DNA of 64,000 nt from an uncultured bacterium (lineage in GTDB: Bacteria; Oederibacteriota; JAAXVQ01; JAUVAV01): NCBI GenBank assembly GCA_963710755.1, contig CAVQBK010000001.1:256001-320000 (forward strand). The letters run 5' to 3'. Shown in pieces: positions 11,141 through 21,673 of the stretch. The notes beneath the pieces were generated by a model, which was given only the letters and a program-made list of their open reading frames with translations, was not told where the DNA came from and did not search any database. The translations under genes and the position numbers were made by a program. Numbering within the stretch: position 1 is the first letter of the stretch; every line of letters begins with the position of its first letter.

Positions 11141-11530
11141 ATGATGGAGAAAAAAAAGGTTTATCATTGTAAACATTGCGGCAATTTGGTCGAATCCTTG
11201 TGGAACGGTAAGGTCGATGTGGTTTGCTGCGGGGAACCCATGCAAGCGCTTTCCCCGAACAGCGTGGATGCTGCCCATGAAAAACATGTGCCCGTTGTCA
11301 CACGCAGCGGCGACCAAGTTACGGTTAAAGTAGGCGCCACCCCCCATCCCATGACCCCTGACCATTACATTCTTTTTGTGGAATTGCTGCAGGGCCAAAA
11401 GGTCTATCGTCATGACTTCGTAGAAGGTGACCAAGGTGCGGAAGTCACGTTTTGCATACCTGATGACGGCACTGCTTTAGTCGCCAGGGCTTACTGTAAT
11501 TTGCATGGCTTCTGGACCTCCCAATCATAA
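11141..11530 (+). CDS. dfx: Desulfoferrodoxin (2Fe superoxide reductase)
   Basis: CKHCGN..CCGEPM desulforedoxin domain; EKHVP, HPM..HYI and CNLHG. Confidence 0.95.
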   Translation: MMEKKKVYHCKHCGNLVESLWNGKVDVVCCGEPMQALSPNSVDAAHEKHVPVVTRSGDQVTVKVGATPHPMTPDHYILFVELLQGQKVYRHDFVEGDQGAEVTFCIPDDGTALVARAYCNLHGFWTSQS

Positions 11531-11598
11531 AAGTTTGTGAACCCTACCCGGGATTTGTTTCATCTCAGTGATAAAACAAGGCCCCATACGCCGGAGGC

Positions 11599-11979
11599 AT
11601 GATGACCATTTCTGACTTTATGACCCTGTTTGAAAAGCTAGGCCCCTTTGACTTAAGAGAAGCTGACAGCCAGCATGCTGATTTGGTAGTTGAAAACGAT
11701 CAGCTTGATGCCTGGATTAACCTGTTGGACCAGCATTTGGGCTCTCCCCTAAAAAAAACAGGCGAAGCCGTTAATTTCGACGCCAAAAAATTAACCAAGG
11801 CTTTTGGGGGCATTCAAAAGAATCAGACCCTATATGTCAAATCCTATGAAACGCACCATCTTATGGCCATGCTCTGGCCATGGCAAAATAACCGGCATAC
11901 CACGCTTAAACTGTTTCATATCACCGTGGAAGAAATGGATAAAATGCAAAAACCAGGCCTTTTTTCTACATCAAACTAG
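11599..11979 (+). CDS. Conserved hypothetical protein
   Basis: 126-aa ORF with GGAGG SD; GGIQKNQTLY and AMLWPWQ look conserved. Confidence 0.72.
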   Translation: MMTISDFMTLFEKLGPFDLREADSQHADLVVENDQLDAWINLLDQHLGSPLKKTGEAVNFDAKKLTKAFGGIQKNQTLYVKSYETHHLMAMLWPWQNNRHTTLKLFHITVEEMDKMQKPGLFSTSN

Positions 11980-12106
11980 TATGGCCAATATTATCAATTA
12001 GGGTCTTTGAACTTCTCATCCAATTTGTAGCCAACGCGCATAGACTCTGAAGTGGTTGCATCTAATTGGTTATGTTTCCTGGGATGACAGATCGGGGGAG
12101 GGAACA

Positions 12107-12811
12107 ATGAAAAACCATCACCAATTTGGCGGTTTTCCAAAAGAAGGACTTCGTTTTTTAAGTGAGCTCAAATACAACAACAATCCACAATGGTTTCATG
12201 CCCATAAAGATGTTTATCTGGACAATTTGCTCAAACCTGCCCAACAATTTGTTGAAGCCTTTGGTCAATTGCTGAGAAAAAATGTATCCAAAAAAATAGT
12301 GGCTGATCCACGTCCCAATGGCGGTTCCATCTTTCGTATCTACAGGGACATCCGTTTTAGCAAAGACAAGACCCCCTACAAGACCCATGTGGGTATCTTG
12401 CTTTGGGAGGACCGGCAGGGAAAGAAGCTGGATTCCCCCGGCATTTATTTCCATTTGGAGGATCAGGGAGCCCAAGTGCATGTGGGCCAGTTTGAATTTC
12501 CCAGATCCAGACTCGATCATTATCGTAAAATGGTGGCCCACCCCAAATGGGGGCCGGCTTTGGTCAAAGTTATCGATGAGTTGACCAACAATAACAAATA
12601 TGTCATTAATGGCGAACAGTTTAAAACTGTGCCACGCGACTATCCTCCAGATCATCCCCGGGCCCAATTGTTAAAATACAAAGGGCTTTATGCCAGCTCC
12701 CCTTGGCTTTCCTCCGTAATTCTCACCCAATCCAAACTTCCTGAAGTTTGTCTGGCCCATTGCCAGCATATGGTGCCCTTGTTTGAATGGTTGACCAAGG
12801 TCAAGATATAA
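12107..12811 (+). CDS. DUF2461 (TIGR02453) family protein
   Basis: FLSELKYNNNPQWF, FRIYRDIRFSKDKTPYK and HPRAQLLK; ATG 12107 after GGAGGG. Confidence 0.9.
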   Translation: MKNHHQFGGFPKEGLRFLSELKYNNNPQWFHAHKDVYLDNLLKPAQQFVEAFGQLLRKNVSKKIVADPRPNGGSIFRIYRDIRFSKDKTPYKTHVGILLWEDRQGKKLDSPGIYFHLEDQGAQVHVGQFEFPRSRLDHYRKMVAHPKWGPALVKVIDELTNNNKYVINGEQFKTVPRDYPPDHPRAQLLKYKGLYASSPWLSSVILTQSKLPEVCLAHCQHMVPLFEWLTKVKI

Positions 12812-12825
12812 TAGGGAAATTCAGA

Positions 12826-13161
12826 TCAGACCGAAGGGTCCTCATTCAGGACAGCATCAATATGCGCGCTCAAGGCGGCAATGGCCTCGGGTGCGATACC
12901 AGATGGTTGGCCCAGTGGCAAGTCAATTTCATTTTCCGGACGTTGTGCACGCAGCCGGAACACCTCATCAGCCAGATTGATGGCTGTCAAAATGCTGATT
13001 TTAAGCGGTTGGGCCACATTGGAACGGCTCCCGATTTCATTCATTTTCCCATTTACATAGGCCGCCAATTTTTGAATATAGGCTTCGTCCGCCTCTCCGC
13101 GGATGGTATATTCATTTCCTAAAATAGTCACTTTGACGGCTTTGGCATCACGGTTCGTCAT
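12826..13161 (-). CDS. zapA: Cell division protein ZapA
   Basis: VKVTILGNEYTI..YIQKLAAYV..LTAINLADE; downstream of pheT. Confidence 0.88.
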   Translation of the reverse strand: MTNRDAKAVKVTILGNEYTIRGEADEAYIQKLAAYVNGKMNEIGSRSNVAQPLKISILTAINLADEVFRLRAQRPENEIDLPLGQPSGIAPEAIAALSAHIDAVLNEDPSV

Positions 13162-13435
13162 GGGTACGCTCCAAAAGTCTCTTTTCTGCCAGTTGCAATT
13201 CGTCCAGTACTTTTCCCACCACGGTCTTGATTTTCTTGCGTTCTTTTTTCAGAAGTTCCAGTTCCCGGTCTTTGGCTTGGATCTCCACCCGGGAAGGCGC
13301 CTGTTCTCCACGATGGAGGCGTTCCATTTCCGCTGCTTTAGTGCGCCAGTGCGTAACTTCAAGCCGTGCTTGTTTTAGCGCATTGATGAGCATGTCCACC
13401 CGTTTTACCAAAAGCGTCCAATCTTCGGTTGACAC
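13148..13435 (-). CDS. Coiled-coil protein (ZapB-like) between pheT and zapA
   Basis: Charged heptad-rich 95-aa ORF; GTG start with GGGAGG SD; conserved pheT-X-zapA context. Confidence 0.7.
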   Translation of the reverse strand: MSTEDWTLLVKRVDMLINALKQARLEVTHWRTKAAEMERLHRGEQAPSRVEIQAKDRELELLKKERKKIKTVVGKVLDELQLAEKRLLERTHDEP

Positions 13436-13509
13436 TGCAGCCCTCCCAATTCAAAGTTCCATATTTAGAGATGTGGTGTTTCAGTCCTGGTACCAGGAGA
13501 TTAAGGTTT

Positions 13510-15924
13510 TCAGCGTAGCTGGGCACTAAAATCTTTTTGCAGTTTCTCGATAATGGATGCCTGAATGTCATTGATCTCTTCTTCCTTAAGAGTCCGATTG
13601 GCATCCTGAAACGTCAGGGAAAAGGCCAGGCTTTTGGTGCCCGAAGCCAAAGCATCGCTTTTATACTGGTCAAAGGGAATGACAGAGGTTAACAGCCCTG
13701 TCCCGTTTTTTTTGATTTTCTTAACCACTTCACCGGCCAGAGTGTCTTCGGGTACTGCAATCGCAATATCGCGCTTGATGGCTGGAAAACGCGGATAAGA
13801 CTTGATTTTACGCTGGGAAGGCCATCGCTCCGCTAATATCTCCAAATTCAGTTCCGCGGCGACGACCAGGCCTCTTAATTTTAATTGATCCTGAATCTCA
13901 GGATGTAGCGCTCCTATCCACCCCAAGGGCTTTTTATCGGCGGTTTGGATTTCAAAGCAGACAAGGGGATGCAGGAAAGGATATTCCTCGGGCACAAACC
14001 GCGGGCCGGGAAGTGCCAATTGCTGAAATAAGGCTTCCACCGTGCCTTTCAATTCATAAAAATCCATTTCTTTCTGCTTTTTTCCGGTCTGCCAATAGAG
14101 CGGTTCCTTGGGTCCGGATATCATCAATCCTAAATGGGCCGGTTCCTCTGGCAGTTGGTTCTCGGTAGTAGGGATGAACACGGCACCGCTTTCAAACAGT
14201 TTGATGCGATCCTGACCACGGCGGACATTATAGGTGAGGGTTTCCAAGAGCCCAGGCATCACGCTGGGTCGCATGGTGGACAGGGCTTCACTAAGCGGAT
14301 TACGCAACTTCACCACTTTGCGCCAGGGATGATCAGACGATAACCGCAATAGGTCCTGGTAACGAGGATCAATAAAGCTATAGGTAATGATCTCATTAAA
14401 ACCTTCTTCCATACAAATGGTTCGGCAGCGCTTTACCAGGGTTTGCTTGGGATCCTGAACCGGCGCCACCATGGCCACCAGCGGCGGTTTGACCGGTAGT
14501 TGGTCATAGCCGATAAGTTGGGCAATATCTTCTATCATATCCTGTTCCAGGGATACATCATGGCGAAAGGGAGGCACCTGGTAGATATCCTGAACACCCT
14601 GGCTAACTAGAACATAGCCTAAACGGTTGAACATGGCTTGCAGGTTCTGTGGCTCGACTTCCACTCCCAGCAAGCGCGTGGCTTTCTCCGGCCTGAAAAC
14701 AATGCTGCGTGGTTCATAAGGCTGGGGATAGTAGTCCACTACCCCTTGCAGGATGGTGCCACCTGCAAGCTCCTTGATCATTTGCGCACAGAGATCCAAG
14801 GCCAGTCGCAAGCCAGCTTCCGGATCCACGCCGCGTTCAAAGCGGTAGGAGGAATCGGAGGTGGTATTGGTGATTTTGACGGTTTGGCGTACCTGCTTTG
14901 GGTCAAACCAAGCTGCTTCCAGTACAATGGTTTTAGTTTGTTCATTGACTTCCGACCCCATGCCGCCCATCACCCCGGCCAAGGCCACCGGTCCTTGTCC
15001 ATCGGCAATAACCAGTTCCTCACCGGTAAGTTCATGGCGTACACCATCAAGGGTGGTAATGATCTCCTGGGCACGGCTTTTACGTGCGATGATCCGGGCA
15101 TCTTTCAATAAAGCCTGGTCAAAAGCATGCAGCGGATGGCCCAGTCCAAGAAGCACCACATTGGTGGCATCCACCACATTATTGACCGAACGCTGGCCGA
15201 CTTTTTGCAGTTGTTGCCGCAACCAGGCAGGGGAGGGTGCAATGGTCACGTCCTGAATCACACGACAACAGTAGCGCCGACAGCCTGACCCGGGTTCAAT
15301 GTCCACCTGAATCTGACTTGAGGCCGGCTGGCTGTCTTCCTTCAAATTAATATCGGGCAAAATAAAAGGCCGGCCTAAAACCGCGGCCAGATGACGGGCC
15401 AGCCCCATATGGGACAGGCAGTCCGAGCGGTTGGGCGTAACTTCAATCTCAAAAATGACGTCGTCCTGGTCCAGAAGACCGGCGACCTCCGTACCTATAG
15501 GGGTATCGCCAGGGAAATGCATAATGCCTGCGGCTTCGTCGGCTATGCCCAATTCTTTTTCCGAACAGAGCATCCCCTGCGATTCCTGCCCGCGGATTTT
15601 GGTTTTTTTTATGGCCAGCCCACCGGGCAACACAGCACCTTCCAAAGCCACAGGTACGAGGTCATTGACTTGTATATTCTTGGCGCCGCATACAATACGC
15701 AGGCGTTCTCCAGGAATCTCCACTTCCGTCAGTTGCAACTTGTCCGCATTAGGGTGAGGCTTAACGTCGAGCAATCGGCCCACCACCACCTTGGCCAACC
15801 CCTGCCGTTGATCATGAATCCCGGAAACTTCCAAGCCGCTCATGGTAATGCGATGAGCCAGTTCCTCAGGGCTCAACCCACTCAACTCCACAAATTGTTG
15901 CAACCATTTTAACGATACCAGCAC
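13510..15924 (-). CDS. pheT: Phenylalanine--tRNA ligase beta subunit
   Basis: HPNADKL, IVCGA, SQGMLCS, TPNRSDCLS, SYRFERGVD and the C-terminal FDX-ACB domain. Confidence 0.98.
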   Translation of the reverse strand: MLVSLKWLQQFVELSGLSPEELAHRITMSGLEVSGIHDQRQGLAKVVVGRLLDVKPHPNADKLQLTEVEIPGERLRIVCGAKNIQVNDLVPVALEGAVLPGGLAIKKTKIRGQESQGMLCSEKELGIADEAAGIMHFPGDTPIGTEVAGLLDQDDVIFEIEVTPNRSDCLSHMGLARHLAAVLGRPFILPDINLKEDSQPASSQIQVDIEPGSGCRRYCCRVIQDVTIAPSPAWLRQQLQKVGQRSVNNVVDATNVVLLGLGHPLHAFDQALLKDARIIARKSRAQEIITTLDGVRHELTGEELVIADGQGPVALAGVMGGMGSEVNEQTKTIVLEAAWFDPKQVRQTVKITNTTSDSSYRFERGVDPEAGLRLALDLCAQMIKELAGGTILQGVVDYYPQPYEPRSIVFRPEKATRLLGVEVEPQNLQAMFNRLGYVLVSQGVQDIYQVPPFRHDVSLEQDMIEDIAQLIGYDQLPVKPPLVAMVAPVQDPKQTLVKRCRTICMEEGFNEIITYSFIDPRYQDLLRLSSDHPWRKVVKLRNPLSEALSTMRPSVMPGLLETLTYNVRRGQDRIKLFESGAVFIPTTENQLPEEPAHLGLMISGPKEPLYWQTGKKQKEMDFYELKGTVEALFQQLALPGPRFVPEEYPFLHPLVCFEIQTADKKPLGWIGALHPEIQDQLKLRGLVVAAELNLEILAERWPSQRKIKSYPRFPAIKRDIAIAVPEDTLAGEVVKKIKKNGTGLLTSVIPFDQYKSDALASGTKSLAFSLTFQDANRTLKEEEINDIQASIIEKLQKDFSAQLR

Positions 15925-16256
15925 TTTTTATCCTCCTAATGTGCGTCCATAACTTAACTATGCCTACCCCGTAGTGTCTTTTCACTGCCAAGGTTCAAGG
16001 AATTTGCCCATACTATCCGGTCCAGCCCATAAAATCAATGAAAATTAGAGGGACAAAGGACAAATTCACCCTTGCCTGTGTTAACATTTGCAAGAAATGC
16101 TGTTGTTTAAATTTTTCAAATCATCTACAATAGCCACCGTTCCCTGTGGCTTCGACTTAAACGGGCAGGGGCCATTATAATCAAGTTATTCAAACTAATT
16201 ATCATCCGCATCGTTTTAGAAACCATTTTTGTGAAACACATGGAAAGGTCGTCGAC

Positions 16257-18092
16257 ATGGAAACGGATTACCAGTGGCTCTTATCCACTCCTGCCGGAAA
16301 GAAATGGCAGCGTCTGGGAATGCACAAACGTGCAGGTGTGGTGGTGCCTTTGTTTTCCCTTTATTCGAATGAGAGTACGGGAATAGGGGAATTTCCTGAT
16401 CTTATCCAGTTGGTGGATTGGTGCCAAAAAACCGGACTTAGCATTATCCAATTGCTGCCCCTCAATGATACAGGCTTTAATTTCACACCCTATGATGCTC
16501 AAAGTATGTTTGCCTTAGATCCCATGTATTTGTCCCTGACACAGCTTAAGAACGTTGACCTGACGCCTTTCCGGGACCGTCTGAAGGCGCTTAAAGCCGA
16601 CTATCCCTGCGGGGGGCAACGGCTTAATTATGGCATCAAAGCAGCCAAACTGGCCCTGCTTTGGGAGATTTTCCAAACCTCCCGTCATCAGGAACAGGAA
16701 ACCTATCAGGATTTCAAGCGCACCAACGCCTATTGGCTGGATGATTATGGTGCTTTTAAAGTTTTAAAAGAAAAACATGATCAAAAGGACTGGTTACACT
16801 GGGACCAAGCCTTTCAGCATAAACTAACGGAACCCACCAAGGCTTATTTAAAAAGTCAGGAGCCATCCCTGGCTTTTCAAACCTGGTTGCAGTGGCAGGC
16901 TTTTGAACAAATGGCCGAAGTTAAGCATTACGCCACCGGGCAGGGTGTATATTTGATGGGGGATTTGCCTTTTTTAGTTTCCAAAGACAGTGCCGATGTC
17001 TGGGCCCATCAAGAACATTTCAAGTTGAATTTGGCGGCCGGCGCGCCGCCTGATCTTTATTTTGCCTCAGGGCAGCGTTGGGGTATGCCGCCCTATCACT
17101 GGGACCATATCGCTCACGACAACTATCGGTATTTACGGGAAAAATGCCGCTATGCGGGCTCCTTCTATGATCTTTTTCGCATCGACCATTTTGTGGGGTT
17201 ATTCCGGCTTTGGACCATCCCCAATGAAGTGCCTGATCACGAAGCTGCCCAACAAGGATATTTTGATCCTCCCGATGAGTCCCAATGGGAGGAGCATGGT
17301 AAAAAAATTCTGGAGGTTATGCTCGAGAGTACAGACATGCTTCCCTGCGCTGAGGACCTGGGCGTGGTACCGGACTGTTCCTTTAAAGTCATCAAAGCTT
17401 ACGGCATTGTGGGTACGGAAGTACAACGCTGGATGCGTTTATGGCGTACCAATTGTGATTTCAAAGGACCTGAAGCCTATCGGCCCAATAGTATTGCCGC
17501 CATCTCCACCCATGACATTCCCATTCTGCAAGATTGGTGGGAAAATGAATTGGGTACAGTCGATGAATTGGCCTTTCGTAAAAAATGTGAAGGCCGCGGG
17601 TTTGACGTCAGCTGGCTTATAGGGCAGTTGTTCTATTCTGAAAAAAGCGCCTCCGGCCGGCTGCGCTGGCGCAACGAGATTGACAGCCAGGATACCCTTC
17701 TGGGCATTCTCTATCGCCGGTCTGAGGAAGTCAGAGATTTTTTGGAACTCTTCAATTGCAGCCGTTATGAAATGGATAAATTTCTCGCTTTTCTAGGGAC
17801 CGATCAGAACAAGGGGAAAGAGTTCACACCGGCGTTAGCCCGACAAATCTTGGAAAAAACCAATGAGACCGCTTCTATTTTCAGCCTGCAGATGCTCCAG
17901 GATTGGCTAAGTGTCAGTCCATTACTCCAAAACAGCGATCCCATGATGCTGCGTATCAATGTCCCGGGCACGGTCCAGGATGGCAACTGGACCTTGGTCA
18001 TGCCTTTTTCTCTGGAGCAATTGAACCGTGATGCCCAAGGCATAGCCTTGATCCAAGATATTAACCAAAGCACAGGACGGTTGCGCAGTTAG
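16257..18092 (+). CDS. malQ: 4-alpha-glucanotransferase (GH77)
   Basis: QLLPLND, GAPPD..GQRWG, FRIDH, AEDLG, STHD and RINVPG. Confidence 0.95.
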   Translation: METDYQWLLSTPAGKKWQRLGMHKRAGVVVPLFSLYSNESTGIGEFPDLIQLVDWCQKTGLSIIQLLPLNDTGFNFTPYDAQSMFALDPMYLSLTQLKNVDLTPFRDRLKALKADYPCGGQRLNYGIKAAKLALLWEIFQTSRHQEQETYQDFKRTNAYWLDDYGAFKVLKEKHDQKDWLHWDQAFQHKLTEPTKAYLKSQEPSLAFQTWLQWQAFEQMAEVKHYATGQGVYLMGDLPFLVSKDSADVWAHQEHFKLNLAAGAPPDLYFASGQRWGMPPYHWDHIAHDNYRYLREKCRYAGSFYDLFRIDHFVGLFRLWTIPNEVPDHEAAQQGYFDPPDESQWEEHGKKILEVMLESTDMLPCAEDLGVVPDCSFKVIKAYGIVGTEVQRWMRLWRTNCDFKGPEAYRPNSIAAISTHDIPILQDWWENELGTVDELAFRKKCEGRGFDVSWLIGQLFYSEKSASGRLRWRNEIDSQDTLLGILYRRSEEVRDFLELFNCSRYEMDKFLAFLGTDQNKGKEFTPALARQILEKTNETASIFSLQMLQDWLSVSPLLQNSDPMMLRINVPGTVQDGNWTLVMPFSLEQLNRDAQGIALIQDINQSTGRLRS

Positions 18093-18158
18093 GCTGCGAA
18101 TGGGCCTGATGATCCATAACCGGCAGGCCAGTCTCAAAAGCTGGCATTTCAAAGCGTC

Positions 18159-19229
18159 ATGGAGGTTTTTTTGAAGGTGAGGATGCACGTGCTGACCATC
18201 GCTGGGTGCCTGGGTGGTCTTCTGTTTCAGAGTCTATGTTGGCCATCGGGCAGGGTATGCGCAGCCGAACCTAAAGGCCGGACAGCTGCCGATCTTGAAG
18301 ATCCTTATGATTGGCACAAGGATTACCTAAATGCAGAGCCTGCCGGGGACAAGAAGACGGCTGTTCCGGCAGAGACACCCACGGCAACGACGCCCACGCC
18401 TGAAGTCTCCCCGCCGGCAGCAAGTGGAAATGATTTATTCTACCAGCGCTATTTCCGCAAAGGCAAAAAAGCCGAGGATCCCGAGGTACTTCAGAAAGAG
18501 CGTCAACGTCAAGAATTGAGGGATTTAAAACGCTATCAATCCCTTCATGCCAGGCAGCCCCGGCGGCCGGTGCTCTCGAAAAGGGAACAAAAAATTGTAA
18601 AGCTGATAGAACAATTGGGTTTGGATCAGCGCCAACAAGAAGCGGCGATAGAACAATTGGTAATGATCGGTGAAGGTGCTGTGCCACGGCTAAAGCAGGC
18701 CCTGCATCATAAGGACAAATTGGTTCGCGTTGGTGCCTTGCGTGTGCTTAGGCAATTGTTTGACGATTCGACCTTGCCGGAAATCGAGGCAGCCTTGAAA
18801 GATAAGGCCCCGGAAGTCCGCATGGAGGCCGCTGCTACCCTGGGGCGGTTCCGTCATCACCAAGCCGCCCCTATGCTCGTCCCCTTATTGCATGATCCCA
18901 AACAACGCGTACGGCGTGAAGCTGTACTGGCTTTGGGTCGTTTGAAACGCTCGGAGGTTGCTGCCGGCGCTCTGATTCAGACTTTGGAGAACAATGTGCC
19001 TGCCATCAAGGTTGAAGCGGCAGAGGCGCTTTCCAATTTCACCAGCCAGGATGTGGTTGATGCACTGACTCGGGCCACTTATGCAGCAGACCAGGATCTG
19101 GTGGCCTATGCGGTGCGGTCCTTGGGCATAATTGCAGATCCGCAGAGTAAAAGCAGGCTGGCCCATCTGGCCAAAAATAAAAATAATTTTATTGCTCAAG
19201 AAGCCCGGGAGGCCCTACATCATTATTAA
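18159..19229 (+). CDS. Exported HEAT-repeat protein
   Basis: Signal-like N-terminus; repeated L.D....VR..A..ALG. Confidence 0.85.
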   Translation: MEVFLKVRMHVLTIAGCLGGLLFQSLCWPSGRVCAAEPKGRTAADLEDPYDWHKDYLNAEPAGDKKTAVPAETPTATTPTPEVSPPAASGNDLFYQRYFRKGKKAEDPEVLQKERQRQELRDLKRYQSLHARQPRRPVLSKREQKIVKLIEQLGLDQRQQEAAIEQLVMIGEGAVPRLKQALHHKDKLVRVGALRVLRQLFDDSTLPEIEAALKDKAPEVRMEAAATLGRFRHHQAAPMLVPLLHDPKQRVRREAVLALGRLKRSEVAAGALIQTLENNVPAIKVEAAEALSNFTSQDVVDALTRATYAADQDLVAYAVRSLGIIADPQSKSRLAHLAKNKNNFIAQEAREALHHY

Positions 19230-19235
19230 ATCACC

Positions 19236-19271
19236 GTGAGTAGAGGCACGGCGAGCCGTGCCTCTACTCAC
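19236..19271. repeat. Perfect palindrome, GTAG-type REP-like element (may also act as terminator)
   Basis: GTGAGTAGAGGCACGGC-GA-GCCGTGCCTCTACTCAC immediately after the stop codon. Confidence 0.8.
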
Positions 19272-19325
19272 ACAGCAAACCGGTAATGCCGGTTGCGGAA
19301 AGAAAATTTATTCAAAGCTTTTTGA

Positions 19326-19420
19326 TCATCACCCGGCATGGCTTTAGCAGGAGTCCGAAGATTTTTGATTTTCACCTTATAAAGTCCCTGGATGACGGCT
19401 AATAGCTTGCCGGAATAACG
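19326..19420. repeat. Degenerate inverted doublet resembling CGTC-type REP (GTCATTCCGGC..GCCGGAATCC)
   Basis: catcacccggcatggctttagcaggagtcc ... ggatgacggctaatagcttgccggaataacg are imperfect reverse complements. Confidence 0.45.
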
Positions 19421-19502
19421 ATAATGAAAAAACTTTGTATCTTTAAAAAATAAACTATTTCTTTTCGCAATAAATTAATTACCAGAAAAGGAAAGGACCC
19501 TT

Positions 19503-19907
19503 ATGTCACCCAAAACCAAAACCACCGTACCTGCTTTAAATTGCGCCACCTGCCAAGGTCAATGCTGCAAGTATTTTGCCCTGCAAATTGACACGCCCAC
19601 TACTCCCGAAGAATTTGATCATTTGCGTTGGTATATAGCCCATCAACAGGTGGCGTTATTTATCGAAAATGATGATTGGTATCTACAGGTCAACAATCCC
19701 TGCAGGCATTTGACCAGTTCCTATACCTGCGGCATCTACGACCAACGACCCCAAATATGCCGCGATTATGGTTGGGATCCAAAAGGGGAAGTGCAATGTC
19801 ACGAAACCGAACGTCCCTGTGACCATGATTATTTTTTCTCAAACTTGGAGGAGTTGGAGGCCTATCTGAAAAAAAAGAAACTCAAATGGGCCAGCCAAAA
19901 AGGTTAA
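19503..19907 (+). CDS. YkgJ/UPF0153 family Fe-S/Zn cysteine-cluster protein
   Basis: CATCQGQCC ... CRHL....CGIYDQRPQICRDY. Confidence 0.88.
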   Translation: MSPKTKTTVPALNCATCQGQCCKYFALQIDTPTTPEEFDHLRWYIAHQQVALFIENDDWYLQVNNPCRHLTSSYTCGIYDQRPQICRDYGWDPKGEVQCHETERPCDHDYFFSNLEELEAYLKKKKLKWASQKG

Positions 19908-19914
19908 GAGCAGA

Positions 19915-21066
19915 ATGAATTCCTCCCGCATGTCGGAGCCCAAAACTGAAGTGATCGACAGGCCGGAACAATGGGCGGCATTGGAACGGCGGTTGCACCA
20001 GGTCCGTTTGTTGTCTGTTGATTTGGAAAGCAATGGCTTTCATTGTTATCCTGAAAAAATATGTCTGATTCAATTGGGCACTACTCGTCATATTGCCCTG
20101 GTCGACACCATTGCCTTGCCTCGTTTGGACGGCCTTTCGGCCATCTTGGAGGACAGAGCCATCACCAAGATATTTCATTCTTGTGACAATGATGTGCGTG
20201 CACTCCAGCGCGATTTTAATATCCGGGTGCAAAATGTTTTCGATACCGCCCTGGCTGCCAAGCTGGCGGGATCCACCCATTTGGGGTTGGCCAATGTCTT
20301 GAAAGAATTTTTAGACGTCGAACTCGACAAAAACAAAAAAATTCAACGTCAGGACTGGTCCCGTCGCCCGTTGGACGAGGTCTCTTTAGCTTATGCCGCA
20401 GCTGATGTTTATTATTTGCCCACACTAAAGCGGATTTTGGAACGGCAATTGATTCACCTGGGCCGTTTGACTTGGTTTCATGAAGAGAGCCGTTGGCTGG
20501 AAAAAATCAATTATCAACCACCAGCTCCGCCGGAAGAATTGTTTTGGCAGATCAAAGGAGTCCGTACCCTAACCGGCCGTCAGCTTCGTTTATTACAATC
20601 CCTGTGCTTGTTCCGTGACCAACTGGCTCGTGAATGGAACCGCCCGCCTTATCGTGTTCTTTCCGATGAAACCTTGGTGCAAATCGTCCAGGATCCCCAC
20701 AAGCCTTTGCATGAAATCCGTGGATTAACCATGATTCTGCGTCATAAAAAAACAAAAGCTTTTCAGGAGGCCATCAGGCAAGGACTGCAGGGTAAACCCA
20801 TTAATCCTAAAAGCCGGCCTGCTTCCGGCCGGAGTCGTAAAGGCAATATAAACAAACACCTGTTGCAGCGTCTAAAACAATGGCGTGAGAGAGAGGCCTT
20901 GAAATTGAAGGTGGATCCCGCTATTATATGGCCCATGCAGGCATTGGAAAGCTTGGCTCAGAAACCCCTTCTTATCCAACACATGGAGCGCCTGCCCGAG
21001 GTGCGCCAATGGCAGAAGAAACTTTTCCAACGATCCCTACAGGACCTGCTGGCCCAGCCGGACTAA
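19915..21066 (+). CDS. rnd: Ribonuclease D (DEDDy exonuclease + 2 HRDC)
   Basis: VDLESN, CLIQL, KIFH...D, FDT, DWSRRPL and YAAADV; HRDC segments. Confidence 0.92.
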   Translation: MNSSRMSEPKTEVIDRPEQWAALERRLHQVRLLSVDLESNGFHCYPEKICLIQLGTTRHIALVDTIALPRLDGLSAILEDRAITKIFHSCDNDVRALQRDFNIRVQNVFDTALAAKLAGSTHLGLANVLKEFLDVELDKNKKIQRQDWSRRPLDEVSLAYAAADVYYLPTLKRILERQLIHLGRLTWFHEESRWLEKINYQPPAPPEELFWQIKGVRTLTGRQLRLLQSLCLFRDQLAREWNRPPYRVLSDETLVQIVQDPHKPLHEIRGLTMILRHKKTKAFQEAIRQGLQGKPINPKSRPASGRSRKGNINKHLLQRLKQWREREALKLKVDPAIIWPMQALESLAQKPLLIQHMERLPEVRQWQKKLFQRSLQDLLAQPD

Positions 21067-21083
21067 TAAAGGGGAGGTTTAAC

Positions 21084-21671
21084 ATGAGGACCGGACGTTT
21101 GATGGTCACAACCTTAACCCTTTTGGTTCTTTTTCTAACCTTCGCCCACCACCTTCAGGCCCGCGTCTGGAGTAATCAATCCCTTCGGACCTATCTGCAT
21201 CAGGTAAACCGGGAGGCTTGCCTGCTGGTTACCCATATCGAGGCCTCTCAAAATGGGCATGCTTTGATGTTTTACGATCAAACCGGCCGGGAAGAAAAAC
21301 GCGCTCAGTTGCAGGAACGGCCCATTCTAAAACCTGCCTCGCCGGCGGGCCCCTTTGTGGTCAGATCTACTTATGTGCTGTTGGTGGACAAGTCCCAGGT
21401 GTTGACCTTGCATCTTGGCCTGGATAAAATAATCCTGGCCGCGGATAGCCGACTCAGCCGTCAGCCGTTGTCGCAGATGGTACTTATGATCACGCCAGCG
21501 GAAAAGGAAGAACGCCTGCTGCAAGCAGAAGGTCAAGAATTCAAGTTAACGCTCGATGATCTTCGCTTTTGCAAGCGTATCATCCTGGAAGCCAGAGAAC
21601 CGCAAGAACGTCACCAGTTGGTGTTCAAGTTGATGGACAAGAACAAATCCTTTACCTTAGAAAAGGAGTAA
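21084..21671 (+). CDS. Exported hypothetical protein
   Basis: ATG 21084 after GGGGAGG; signal peptide; in an operon-like arrangement. Confidence 0.7.
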   Translation: MRTGRLMVTTLTLLVLFLTFAHHLQARVWSNQSLRTYLHQVNREACLLVTHIEASQNGHALMFYDQTGREEKRAQLQERPILKPASPAGPFVVRSTYVLLVDKSQVLTLHLGLDKIILAADSRLSRQPLSQMVLMITPAEKEERLLQAEGQEFKLTLDDLRFCKRIILEAREPQERHQLVFKLMDKNKSFTLEKE

Positions 21672-21673
21672 TT

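Noticed and set aside
12812-12826. 6S RNA expected downstream of zapA
   Set aside because: Only about 14 bp before the convergent DUF2461 gene; no room
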